This document shows, piece by piece, positions 38,725 to 52,840 of a stretch of 64,000 bases of DNA (within the stretch, counting starts at the first letter, position 1; every line of letters starts with the position of its first letter). The position numbers were made by a program, and so were the translations under genes. This DNA comes from Malacoraja senta (taxonomy: Eukaryota), in the NCBI GenBank assembly GCA_038087875.1, contig CM075987.1, positions 26,290,001-26,354,000 of the forward strand, written 5' to 3'. Under the pieces are notes generated by a model. The model made no database searches. It saw only the letters and a program-made list of their open reading frames with translations, and was not told the DNA's origin.

Positions 38725-38892
38725 CATGTTTAAGAAGGAACTGCAGATGCTGGAAAAAATCAAAGGTGGACAAAAATGCTGGAGAAACTCAGCGGGTGAG
38801 GCAGCATCTATGGAGCGAAGGAATAGGTCACCTATTCCTTCGCTCCATAGTTGCTGCCTCACCCGCTGAGTTTCCCCAGCATTTTCGTCTGC
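38725..38892. mobile_element. PLE fold-back mini-element with TSD
   Basis: Palindrome centred on aataggtcacctatt; TSD atgcaaaaataa at 38713-38724 and 38893-38904. Confidence 0.85.
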
Positions 38893-39406
38893 ATGCAAAA
38901 ATAAAAGGTTACTTTAAATTCCCCGCACTCTGCCCGCTAGATACGTCAACGCAGTGTGTGGTTTATGGTCACAGAGAGAGAGGTAGAGCTAGTGAAGGAG
39001 ACTTCAGACAGTTGCAAATCGATAATGAATAAACTGCAGGCAAAATTTCATTCTGCAGATTATTAAGCATTAAACTCTTAAGAAGAAAAAAGTCAATATC
39101 TCATATGCATCTCCTGTGCCGTGCTAATGTCAACAAACCCGCCGCATATAATAATGCAATTTCTATCCACGGATCGCAGCAACGAGATCAATACATTCAC
39201 TTATACACCACTGCCAGTTCAGACCCATTGATCCATATTGGCACTAAATGCACTGAACTTTACTGACATTCAACACACTCACTGGAGCTGTGAAGGTGAA
39301 GTGCTTAATGTTTCTGAGTGCGAGAACGACAAAAAAAATGACATTTAAGGAAAGCGGATAGTGCAACAGGGAATACTTTGCCGGGATGTATATCAAATAT
39401 ACATGT

Positions 39407-39538
39407 TTATGAAAGAACTGCAGATGCTGCAAAAATCGAAGGTAGACAAATAATGCTGGGGAAACTCAGCGGGCGAGGCAGCATCTAAGGAGAGAAGGAA
39501 TTGGCGACGTTTCGGGTCGAGACCCTTCCTCAAACTAT
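39407..39538 (-). mobile_element. PLE terminal mini-copy with TSD
   Basis: TSD atatacatgt at 39397-39406 and 39539-39548. Confidence 0.75.
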
Positions 39539-39685
39539 ATATACATGTCCAATGGTGATGCATAGTTTATAAGTGATAGGACCAGAATTAGGCCATTCTG
39601 CCCATCAAGTCTACTCCGCCATTCAATCATGGGTGATTTATCTCTCCTAACCCCATTCTCCTGCCTTCTCCCCATAACCCCTGAC

Positions 39686-40515
39686 ATAGAAACATAGAAA
39701 CATAGAAAATAGGTGCAGGAGGAGGCCATTCAGCCCTTCGAGCCAGCACCGCCATTCATTGTGATCATGGCTGATCGTCCCCTATCAATAACCAGTGCCT
39801 GCCTTCTCCCCATATCCCTTGACTCCACTAGCCCCTAGAGCTCTATCTAACTCTCTCTTAAATCCATCCAGTGACCTGGCCTCCACTGCCCTCTGTGGCA
39901 GGGAATTCCATAAATTCACAACTCTCTGGGTGAAAACGTTTTTTCTCACCTCAGTCTTAAATGACCTCCCCTTTATTCTAAGACTGTGGCCCCTGGTTCT
40001 GGACTCGCCCAACATTGGGAACATTTTTCCTGCATCTAGCTTGTCCAGTCCTTTTATAATTTTATATGTTTCTATAAGATTCCCCCTCATCCTTCTAAAC
40101 TCCAGTGAATACAAGCCTAGTCTTTTCAATCTTTCCTCATATGACAGTCCCGCCATCCCAGGGATCAATCTCGTGAACCTACGCTGCACTGCCTCATTCA
40201 CAAGGATGTCCTTCCTCAAATTAGGAGACCAAAACTGTACACAATACTCCAGATGTGGTCTCACCAGAGCCCTATACAACTGCAGAAGAACCTCTTTACT
40301 CCTACACTGAAATCCTCTTGTTATGAAGGCCAACATTCCATTAGCTTTCTTCACTGCCTGCTGTACCTGTAAGCCAACTTTCAGTGACCGGTGTACAAGG
40401 ACTCCCAGCTCCCGCTGCACCTCCCCCTTACCTAACCTAACCCCATGGAGATAATAATCTGCCCCCTTGTTTTTGCCGCCAAAGTGGATAACCTCACATT
40501 TATCTATATTATACT
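39686..40515 (-). mobile_element. Young CR1 3' fragment with a 211 aa open ORF2 C-terminus, nested in an older CR1
   Basis: QRELGVLVHRSLKV..KANGMLAFITRG..LVRPHLEYCVQFWSP..GYGEKAGTGY*; (tttctatg)n tail. Confidence 0.93.
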
Positions 40516-42024
40516 GTACTAATCAAGAATCTGTCTATCTCTACCTTAAAAATATCCACTGAATGGCCTCCACAGCCTTCTGTGGCAACGAATTCCACAG
40601 ATTCACCACCCTCTGACAAAAGAATAGTAACTTCATCAAGGATATATTTCCAGCAGTTTTATATTGCAGAAGGTGTTTAGATCTTTGGAGAAACGGAAAA
40701 AGTTTAACATTAGTGTATAAATCAAAAATGTGCCATATTTTGGATGGTGTGTACATCAAATAAGTTTGCAACACTCATTAACTTCCCCAGTAACATTCCT
40801 CAGGGTAACAAGAGAGGGCAAACAAACTCTGGCCCACCGAGTCCGCACCGACCAGCGATCCCCGCACGTTAACACTATCCTACACTCACTAGGGACACAT
40901 CCACCAAGCTAATTAACCTACAAACCTGCATGTCTTTGGAGTGTGGGAGGAAACCGAGTGGTCACTTTCTTTTACAGGGTGTATGGAACGAGCTGCCAGA
41001 GGAGGCAGTTGAGGCAGGTGCTATCGCAACCCTTAAGAAACATTTACACAGGTACGTGGATGGGGCAGGTTTCGAGGGATGTGGGCAGGTGGGACTAGTG
41101 TAGATGGGACATGTTGGTCGGTGCGGGCAAGTTGGGCCGAAGGGCCTGTTTCCACGCAGTGTGACTCTGTGAAAAGCTACAGTCTGTCGAGCCAGTTGTG
41201 TTGACTGGAGAAAAAACGTAATTACTTTCATTGCAAGCTGGATTTTTGATTCTTTCCCAAAGGAAAACTCTCCTTTGCTGTTCAGTCACCAAAATAGATT
41301 GGCACCACACTCTGCACGGCCACATGGGTAAAGCTTAACTGTGTCCTATTATCCGCCGGGTAGCATTATGCCTTCAACAGCAACCCAGGAACTATTTTAA
41401 GGAACACTTGTTATATTCAATGCATATTTGAAATACCATTACCTGTACTAACAGCAGTTATGATACTATTACAAGTGCGGTACATCGGGACATTATTACT
41501 GCTCTTCAAAATATCTCCCACTTGAGTGCACTTCTGTTACTGAACAGGAGACCAATTGTCCCGGCTGCGACAGACTAATGCCACAGCATTGGGGTCGTTC
41601 TGCCGCCTCCAGCCGGCCATCCACAAACACCAGGAGCTGAAAGGGGCTGAATTGCCAGCTTGAAAGAGATCGATTTCTTCTTGGGGAGGGTTCGGACGAC
41701 AAATTAAATTAATTCCAACCGTTGTGATGACATTTGCTACTTTTTAGTTTCGTTTAGTTTGGGGATACAGCGAGGAAACAGGCCATTCGGCCCACCGAGT
41801 CCGCGCCGACCAGCGATCCCCGCACACTAACACAATTGAAGTTGGTAAACACCACAAGTGAAAACCTTCTCTAATCATTGCGATTAAGATGTCCCCCAAC
41901 CCAGGCGACTACTTGCGTGCTGGCCACAGAAGCAGATTGACAGTCACATTTTACAATCGCTCCACACACTCTTAAATCTCTACTCCTACAGTATCATTTC
42001 TTACTTTAACTGTGACACTTCCAT

Positions 42025-42528
42025 CCATCTCATTGGTGACCCTCGCACTATCTTTGATCGGACTTTGCTGGCTTTACCTTGCACTAAACGTTATTCCCTC
42101 GTCATGTATCTGTACACTGTAAATGGCTCGATTGTAATCATGTATTGACGGCAAGGCCAGCGGCATAATCGAGGACCAGTCGCACCCCGGCCACTCCCTC
42201 TTCTCCCCTCTCCCATCGTGCAAAAGGTACAGAAGTGTGAAAACGCACAGATTCAGGGACAATTTCTTCCCAGCTGTTATCAGGCAACTGAATCATTCTA
42301 CCACAACCAGAGAACAGTCCCGAACTACTATCTACCTCATTGGTGACCCTCGGACTATCCTTAATCAGACTTTGCTGGTTTTACCTTGCACTAAACGTTA
42401 TTCCCTTATCATGTATCTATACATTGTAAATGGCTCAATTGTAATCATGTATTGTCTTTGCACTGACTGGTTAGCACGCAACAAACGCTTTTCACTTTAC
42501 CTCGGTACACGTGACAATAAACTAAACT
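42025..42528 (+). mobile_element. Rex1/Babar 3' end with a second copy of its tail segment upstream
   Basis: KTHRFRDNFFPAVIRQLN; 42030-42146 repeats 42336-42452. Confidence 0.8.
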
Positions 42529-43209
42529 GAAGCTTCGTCCAACAATGTGATTTAGGGAGTTGATAATGAGATGCCAAGTGATCCTGAAGAAGCCCTTTCC
42601 ACCATCCTTACGGCTAACGGAATCAAGGGATATGGGGAGAAAGTAGGAATGGGGTACTGATTTTGGATGATCAGCTATGATCATATTGAATGGCGGTGCT
42701 GGCTCCAAGGGCCGAATGCCTTACTCCTGCACCTATTTTCTGTGTGTCTATCCTGCCACTGGATGTAAAGATTCATTCATTCATTCATCAATGTTGAAAA
42801 CATTAATGACGCAGTGGCGCTGGTTTCCGATGGGAACGGTGACGGACGCACCACACATCTCCGTCCTCCAGTTCCTGTGGACTTCCGCCGCTGGAAGTTT
42901 AGGATTTTGTTGGTGTGTGTGTGTTTTATCATCGTTCCTTACAATGCCGTGTACGACAGCGATAGCAACTTCTACTGAAGTGTGGATGGCCGTTGGCTCA
43001 CTAGGAGCTCATCCGCCCTTTGACAGGTCTTATTTTTAGTCCTGCTGGGGGTCCGCAGCCCCCCTCCTCACCTGGCGAACCAGGTGGGGGAGACGGTTTA
43101 GTCGCTGACGATTCGACCGTGGAGCAGGTAGCACGGGATTACACGGTGCCCGTGGCGGGGGCAACTCCCCCCGACCTGACCTGATTTAAAGATGCTGTAA
43201 AGAATTAAT

Positions 43210-43527
43210 TCAGTTTAGTTTAGTTTAGAGATACAGCATGGAAACAGGCCCTTCGGCCCACCGAGTCCGCGCCGACCAGCGACCCCCGCACACTAACACT
43301 ACGCTACACACACTAGGGACAATTTATAATTATACCAAGACAATTAACCTACAAACCTGTATGTCTTTGGAGTGTGGGAGGAAACCGAAGATCCCGGAGA
43401 AAACCCACGCAGGTCACGGGGAGAACGTACCAACTCCGTACAGACAGCACCCGTAGTCGGGATCGAACCCGGGTCTCTGGCGCTGCAAGCACTGTAAGGC
43501 AGCATCTCTACCGCTGTGCCACCGTGA
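43210..43527 (-). mobile_element. V-domain SINE, full length
   Basis: Head to (aaact)n tail. Confidence 0.88.
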
Positions 43528-43897
43528 TGCCCAACGCTTCACAATTCAATGGATCAAAGTTTTAGTCAATTTCTAAGACGTAACTATTTTTGTGATTAAT
43601 GTTCGGGGCGAGATGTCTGGCACCGTTTTGTATCCTGTATCAGCTTTACCTACTCATCGCAAAGGCTTGGTAAGCTGAAGAATAAGCTGAAACAACTTTT
43701 GCTGAGCTAAAATAAACCCCCCAAAATGACAATGCATCATAGTTGCTGACACTTATCCCCAATTTACTGAGCTTAAAAGTAATTACCTGGCAATAAACTT
43801 TCCCCATGTTTTCTGCTTGGGTTTTGATGCTTCTTTATGGGCCACGGATCATTGACATGAAGATCCAGTGATTCCTGCCAGTCTGCTGGCTGATCTA

Positions 43898-44203
43898 GGA
43901 GGCACAGCGGTAGAGTTGCTGCCTCACAGCGCCAGAGACCCGGGTTCGATCCCGACTACGGGCGCTGTCTGTACGGAGTTTGTACGTTCTCCCCGTCACC
44001 TGCGTGGGTTTTCTCCGGGATCTTCCGTTTTCTCCCACGCTCCAAAGACGTACAGGTTTGTAGGTTAATTGACTTGGTATAAATGCAAATTGTACCCGCT
44101 GTGTGTAGGATATTGATAGTGTGCGGGGATCGCTGGTCGGCGCGGCCTCAGTGGGCCGAAGGGTCGGTTTCCGCACTGTATCTCTAAACTAAATTAAACT
44201 AAA
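43898..44203 (+). mobile_element. V-domain SINE, full length
   Basis: B box ggttcgatccc, V-core, tail. Confidence 0.88.
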
Positions 44204-44397
44204 CTTCTAACTCTACCATTACATTTGAAGAATGTACTTGGGGAAACTTATCCAGTGAGTTGGAATCTTTGAAAGTGGCATCGCAGCTAGATAGTGTGGA
44301 CAAAAAGGTGGTCAGAGTACTGTATACTGCAGGTGTTGGGAGGTCATGTTGCAGTTGCACAAGATTTTTACTGAGGCCGCATCTAGAGTATTGTACA

Positions 44398-45806
<1,409 letters not shown>

Positions 45807-46144
45807 ATATTTTTCCTGCTACTACTTTATTGAAAGTCAGATCTGTATGAAAACTGGTCAACTTCAAGAATCTAAGTGTAGCAATCGGTGCAAACATCTT
45901 GCAGCTGCGGCACGTCGCGATGGCGTTGCTTGTGGACACAGATGTGCAGGGGCTGATATTACTTGCAATGTCAATAGAACATTGGAGGCTCTGTGTTAGC
46001 AATATGGCATCCCATAGAAGCAGATTAAAGGTTGGTGCTTGCTTATTGTCAACTGTTTTTATTAACATCACTCTCAGAGCTCATCTCTCTTATTCTCGGA
46101 CACCTCCGTTGGGGAATGTTGCCGACTGGCCCGCTCCAGACTGC

Positions 46145-46624
46145 AGGAAAGAACTGCAGATGCTGGTTTAAACCGACGATAGACACATAAAGCTGGAGTA
46201 ACTCAGCGGGACAGGCAGCATCTCTGGAGAGAAGGAATGGGTGACGTTTCGGGTGGAGACCCTTCTTCAGGGGTACGTGCTGAGGGACGCGCTGAAGCTA
46301 GGTACAGCCAATGCCAGGGCACTCCAACTTCAAGTAACCCCTACTTTCCCTCTCTCTCCATCCCTCCCCCACCCAAGTCGCACCAGCATCTCGTTCTCAC
46401 CTAGCAAACAGCTAACAATGGCCTGTTTCCCTTATCATCATCACTTTTGTTGCCTATCTTTCATTCATTTGTTCTATATATCTCTACATCACCGTCTATG
46501 CGTGTTGTTTCCTTGTGCCATGACTTTCAGTCTGAAGAAGTGTCTCGAGCCGGAACCTCACCCATTCCTTCTCTCCAGAGATGCTGCTTGTCCCACTGAG
46601 TTGCTCCAGTATTTTGTGTCTATC
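46145..46624. mobile_element. Inverted pair of PLE 3' fragments
   Basis: Minus tail 46145-46270 and plus-strand 3' region ~46322-46624. Confidence 0.7.
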
Positions 46625-46627
46625 TAA

Positions 46628-46957
46628 AAGCCCTGTCCCACGGTACGAGTTCATTCCAAGAGTTCTCCCGAGTTTGCCCTGATTCGAACTCAGAGATTTA
46701 TGGTAATGGCCGCTCGTCGGTACTCAGGGCTCTCGTGGACATTTTTCAACATGTTGAAGAATCTTCACGAGTCTTCCCGTGCTTACCTGCCACTAGCGAG
46801 TCTTCCCGAGTACCTGCTGTTAGCGTTACGAGCCGCTAAGAGACGTCCCCGAGCTCCGTTGTACCCGCTATGTTCATTCTCCGTGCTTACCACGAGTTTG
46901 ATTTTTTTAAAACTCGGGAGAGCTCTTGGAATGAACTCGTACTGTGGGACAGGGCCA
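46628..46957. mobile_element. Harbinger-type MITE, same family as 22169-22498 in opposite orientation
   Basis: TIR gccctgtcccacggtacgagttcattccaagag...gtgggacagggcca; TAA/TTA flanks. Confidence 0.9.
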
Positions 46958-47551
46958 TTAGAGCAGTGATCTGGGCAGGTTCTATTTCAGTGCAGTGACA
47001 AAAAGTGTTGTCTAGCGTTGAGCCAGGTTTCAGTGTCTGTGTCTGTTCATTATTCACGGCACATCATTATAACACCCTCTGATTTCCAGTCCGATAATCA
47101 GTACGTTATCCCACTCAGAGATTATAAACCACTGGCCATTTAATTCTCTACAATTTCACGAATCGTGCCTCTGTGATATTGTGCCATGTAGCTGAATTAA
47201 GCAAGGTTATGATTTTCTTTTCTCAGTACTGTTTTTTATCGAATTGATAGAAGCACTGTAAGTAGCAAGCCAAGTAAATAAGCATAGCAATAAGTCCCCT
47301 GAGGAATGAAACAATTAATGTGACCTTCACTAGGCTGTTGAAAGAGAACTAGTTGCTTAAGCTCTTCTGCTGAAAAGTTTGTAACAGCCAGAGGTTGATT
47401 CATCAAGCAAAGAGGAAAGAATACAAACTGCAAGAGAGACACATTATTTACAATTTTGTTTTTTCAATGTAGAACGAGGCTATTCAGTCCACCAGTTCCA
47501 TGCTAGCTCTTAGGGCAATCACATGAATGTTGATATAGGCCAGTATTTAGG

Positions 47552-47760
47552 AGATAGACGCATAATGTTGGAGTAACTCAGCGGGACATACAGCATCTCT
47601 GGAGAGAAGGAATGGGTGACGTTTTGTGTCGAGACCCTTATTCAGACCTGAAACGCCACCCATTCCTTCTCTCCAGAGAAGGTGCCTGTCCCGCTGAGTT
47701 ACTCCAGCATTTTGTGCCTATCTCCACTGTAAACCAGCATCTGCAATTCCTACCTACACA
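47552..47760. mobile_element. PLE fold-back mini-element
   Basis: Inverted copies joined within the hammerhead-like region (~47640-47655). Confidence 0.8.
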
Positions 47761-48361
47761 CAGAGCAGTATGTAGATTAGATGAACAAACGGGGCGGCAT
47801 GGTGGCGCAGCGGTAGAGCTGCTGCCTCACAGCGTCAGAGTCCCTGGTTCGTTCCTGACTGCGGGGAGTTTGCACGTTCTCGCTGTGACCACATGGGTTT
47901 TCTCCGGTTCCCTCCCACACTCCAAAGACATGCGGGTTTGAATGTTAATTGGCTTTGGTAAAATTGTAAATTGTCCCGAGTGTGTGCTGGATAGTGCTAG
48001 TGAACGGAGTGATCGCTGGTCGGCGCGGACTCGGTGGGCCGAAGAGCGCTGTGCCTCTGAGGTCCAAAGTTTAAACGGCAGATGGAGTTTAATCTGGGTA
48101 AGTACGAGATGTCGGACTTTGGAAGATAAAATGTCAAGGATGAGTACACAGCTACTCAGAGGTTGGTGTGTGCCTGGATCACACTTCTGGCATTGATGAT
48201 GGAAATGCAATGGTGGCAGTGAAGAAACATTTGGATATACCCAGGGATATGGAAAAAATAGAGAGATGTTGAAGATTATATCAGTGTGGTGTTGTGTGTG
48301 CGTGTGATGTGGAGGAGTGGCAGTGGACAACAGTATGAGAAAGACAACTGATACCTTCATG

Positions 48362-49275
48362 TTTAAGAAGGAACTGCAGATGCTGGAACAATTGAAGGTA
48401 GACAAAAATGCTGGAGAAACTCAGCGGGTGAGGCAGCATCTATGGAGCGAAGGAATGGGTGATGTTTCGGGTCGAGACCCTTCTTCAGACTGATGAGGGG
48501 ATGGGGGGGGGGCTGGAAGAGGAAAGGAAGAGGCGGAGATAGTGGGCTGTGGGAGAGCTGGGAAGGGGAGGGGAAAGAGGGAGAAAGCAAGGACTACCTG
48601 AAATTGGAGGTCAATGTTCACACCGCTGGGGTGTAAACTGCCCAAGCGAAATATGAGGTGCTGCTCCTCCAATTTACGGTGGGACTCAACGCGTTCATGA
48701 TGGTGTAATGGTAAAATCAGATTACAGGTGGTTTCATCTGAATGTGCGTGGCATTTGCAACAAGGCAGATGGCTTAGTGCCAGAACTGGAGATAAATTGG
48801 TTCCATCTGAGTTATTGCAGATACATGGTTGCCTGGTAACCACGGCTGGGAACTGATCTTCCAAATTACTTAATATTGAAGAAAGAAGGACAAAGTGGAA
48901 CAGTGGTTGCGATGGGAATGTGTTGGCGTTGCTATATGTCGAGAGATATTGAACCAATGAATGAAAGATATGCAAGAAAGTAACGATGACAAAGGAAACA
49001 GGTCGTTGTTAGTTGTTTGCTAGGTGAGAACTAAAAACTGGTGTGTCTTGGGTGGGGGAGAGATGGAGAGAGAAGGAATGCCGGGGTTACTTGAAGTTAG
49101 AGAAATCATTATTCATTGCACCGGGTTGTAAGCTAGCTAAGCGAAATATGAGATGATGTTCCTCCAATTTGTGTTTAGCCTCAATCTGACAATGGAGGAG
49201 GCCTAGGACAGAAAGGTGAATGTGGGAATTAGCAGGGAAAAGTGTTTGGCAACCGGGAGATCAAGTAAGTCCAGG
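48362..49275 (-). mobile_element. Two PLE 3' fragments (48362-48690; 48935-49275)
   Basis: HRKLEEQHLIFRLGSLHPSGVNID and the terminal unit. Confidence 0.8.
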
Positions 49276-49879
49276 GGCCGCTCAGTTTAGTTTATTGTCA
49301 CGTGTACCGAGGTACAGTGAAAAGCTTTAACCAGTCAGCGGAAAGACAATACATGATTACAATCGGGCCGTTTACAATGTAGAGATACATGATAAAGGTT
49401 GGGCTGGTGAAATGAAATCAGTTGACTCAGACCCGGATAGGACCCAAACGTCTGTGAGTTCTGCCAAAGCAAAGCGTACAATTCATAAATTCATAACGTC
49501 ATAAGTGATAGGAGCAAAATAGACCATTCGGCCCATCAAGTCTACTCCACCATTCAGTCATGGCTGATCTATCTCTCTCTCTCAACGCCCATTCTCCTGC
49601 CTTCTCCCCATAACCCCCTGACACCAGTACTAATCAAGAATCTATCTATCTCTGCCTTAAAAATATCCATTGACGGCCTCCACAGCCTTCTGTGGCAATG
49701 AGTTCCACAGATTCACCACCATCTGACTCAAGTAATTCCTCCTCATCTCCTTCCTAAAGGGACGTCCTTTTATTCTGAGGCCGTGGCCTCTGGTCCTAGA
49801 CACTCCCACTAGTGAAAACATTCTGTAATGATGGTGTTTTAGGAAAGATGTTCTACAGGAGAGGCCTTCATCAGTCAGC

Positions 49880-50572
49880 GCGTTGAGTATAGAGGTTGGT
49901 AGGTCATGTTGCACTTGCATAAGACATTGGTGAGGCCACATTTTGAGTAGTGTGTTCAGTTTTGGGCACCATGTTATAGGAAAAATATTGCTTTACAATG
50001 ACGTTGCCAGGACTAGAGGGCTTGAGCTAAAGGGAGAGGTTGAGCAAGCAAGGACTCTATTCCTTAAAGCAGAGGAGGATGAGGGGTGGTCTTATAGAGG
50101 TGTACAAGATCATGAGAGGAATAGATCAGGTAGATGCACAGTGTTATTTGCCCAGAGTAGGGGAATCGAGAACCAGAGGACATGAGTTTAAGATGAGGGG
50201 AGGGGGGGAAAGGTTTAATAGGAACTTGAGAGGCAACTTTTTCTTACACAATGGGTGGTAAGCATATGGAATGAGCTGCCGGAGGAGGTAGTTGAGTCAG
50301 GTACTATCATAATACTTAAAAGACATTTGGACAGGTACATGTTTAAGAAAGAACTGCAGATGCTGGAAAAAATCAAAGGTAGTCAAAAATGCTGGAGAAA
50401 CTCAACGGGTGAGGCAGCATCTATGGAGCGAAGGAATATGTGACGTTTCAGGACGCTACCCGAAATGTCACCTATTCCTTCGTTCCAGAGATGTTGCCTC
50501 ACCCGCTGAGTTTCTCTAGCATTTTTGTCTACTTTGGACTGGTACATGGAATGGATAGGTTTAGAGGGATAT
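49880..50572 (+). mobile_element. CR1 fragment with a nested PLE fold-back (50342-50532)
   Basis: GLYSLKQRRMRGGLIEVYKIMRG; TSD tttggac(a/t)ggtacatg at 50326-50341 and 50533-50548. Confidence 0.85.
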
Positions 50573-51089
50573 GTATCTTTTCTTCTGCCCAAATGTTTGT
50601 TCCACAAGGCCAGTGCTCTTTTAAATCCAAGTAGGGCCACAGTGTGTAAATTATGCCACAAGCTCTTACAGAGACTCAAGAGCTAAAGGCAATGTGCAAA
50701 CTTGTGTGTCGCTGAATATTAAACAAGAATGCCAAGATTTTGATTGCTAACCTTTGGAAAATTGACTGATCGTAGATGCGTGACATTTGTTGAACGACAA
50801 CTGGTCCCCTGTTTATTTTAAGGAACATTGAAAAGATATAACAACACCAGCAATGCGCCTTCATGCAATCAAATGTCCAGGGCAGGGTGGCATGGTGGCG
50901 CAGCGGTAGAGTTGCTGCCTCACAGTGCCAGAGACCTGGGTTCGATCCCGACTACGGGTGCTGTCTGTACAGAATTTGTACGTTCTCCCCGTGACCTGTG
51001 GGTTTTCTCCGTGATCCCCGGTGTCCTCCCACACTCCAAAGACGTACAGGTTTGTAGGCTAATTGGCTAGGTATTATTGTAAATTGTCC

Positions 51090-51575
51090 CAACTTGCCCA
51101 CATTGACCAACATACTCCATCTGCACTAGACCCACCTACCTGTATTTGGCCCGTATCCCTCTAAACCTGTCCTGTCCATGTACTTGTCCAAATGTTTTTA
51201 TACGTTGTGATAGTCCCTGCCTCAACTACTTCATCCAGCAGCTTTTTCCTAAACCTACCGCCCTTTTTCTCAACAAGTTACCCCTCAGGTTCCAATTAAA
51301 TCTCCCCCCACCTCACCTTAAACCTATTTCCTCATTTTTGATTCCCCTACTCTGGGCAAGAGACTCTGTGCATCCACCCAATCTATTCCTCTCATGATTT
51401 TAGACACCTCTATAAGATCACCCCTCAGCCTCCTGCGCTCCAAGGAATAGAGTCCTAGCCTGCTCAACCTCTCCCTGCAGCTCAGGACCTCGAATTCTGT
51501 CAACATCCTCGTAAATCTTCTCTGGGTCCTTTCCAAATTGGCAACATCTTTTCTGTGACAGGGTGACCAAAACCC
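51090..51575 (-). mobile_element. CR1 LINE 3' fragment
   Basis: FWSPCHRKDVANLERTQRRFTRML..RGDLIEV. Confidence 0.85.
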
Positions 51576-51678
51576 GGTCAAACACAGATCATCCACACAT
51601 CCACTCTAATCAAAGGCCTTTTACGCTATTCTGAAAGTGGTCTGAATGAGGATGAGGTCGTCCCGCATCCTTCTAAAC

Positions 51679-52403
51679 TAGGGGCCTCCAAACCTTTCAG
51701 CATTATATATTTGGCACATTTTTTGCAGGCCGTAAACACACACTCGCACACACTCACAAACACATTCACACACACACTCACACACACACTCACACACACA
51801 CTCACACACACACTCACACACACACTCACACACACTCACACACACACACACTCACACACACACTCACACTCACACACACACACTCACACACACTCACACA
51901 CACACACTCACACACACACTCACACACACTCACACACACACACTCACACACACTCACACACACACTCACACACACTCACACACACACACTCACACACACA
52001 CTCACACACACTCACACACACACACACACACTCACACACACACACACTCACACACACACTCACACACACTCACACACACACACTCACACACACTCACACA
52101 CACTCACACACACTCACACACACACTCACACACACACTCACCCACCCACTCACTCACTCACTGGGTCCACCACCGCCACTGTTCCTTCACTGCCTCCCCG
52201 GGGCCATCGACGGCAACCTGTCAGCAGCTGCACACAAACCCTCCACTTGATAGCCACCGGCAAACTGACGTGTAAGTTCCGACGCTACCGCAGAACCCGC
52301 TCAATATCTCGCCGCACGGAACGTGTTAAGAGCTTGTTGCGGGCCGGATAAAATCCCGTGGCGGGCCGGATGTGGCCCGCGGGCCATAGTTTGGAGACCC
52401 CTG
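51679..52403. mobile_element. Non-autonomous hAT (Charlie-like) DNA transposon carrying an internal (CA/CT) array
   Basis: TIRs taggggcctccaaac / gtttggagacccctg; 8 bp TSD ttctaaac / atctaaac; subterminal gcgggccgga repeats. Confidence 0.85.
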
Positions 52404-52564
52404 ATCTAAACCCTTGTAATACAGCCTAGTGACCATGGAAGGTCCATCACAAAAGGTGTTGTAATTTTTATATTCCTCCCCACTGGGACTGGGACTCTTG
52501 TAAACCTACACCTCACTTAAACATATCGCCTCATCTTTGTCAACGAAGGAGCAGAATCTTATGG

Positions 52565-52840
52565 AGGATGGAGAGAGAGGGAAAGCAAGGGTTACTTGAA
52601 GTTGGAGAAGTCAATGATCATACCGCTGGGGTGTAAGCTGCCCAAGTGAAATATGAGGTGTTGTTCCTCCAATTTGCACTGGGCCTCACTCTGACAATGG
52701 AAGAGTCCCAGGACAGAAAGGTCAGTGTGGGAATGGGAGGGGGAGTTAAACTGTTTGGCGACTGGAAGATCGGGTAGGTTTAGGCGGACTGTGCGGAGGT
52801 GTTGAGCGAAACGATTGCCGAGCCCTGCGCTCGGTCTCAA
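52565..52840 (-). mobile_element. PLE GIY-YIG fragment
   Basis: LGNRFAQHLRTVRLNLPDLPVAKQFNSPSHSHTDLSVLGL..KLEEQHLIFHLGSLHPSG. Confidence 0.85.

Noticed and set aside
51626..52250. His/Thr/Leu-rich ORF
   Set aside because: CA/CT microsatellite inside a hAT element
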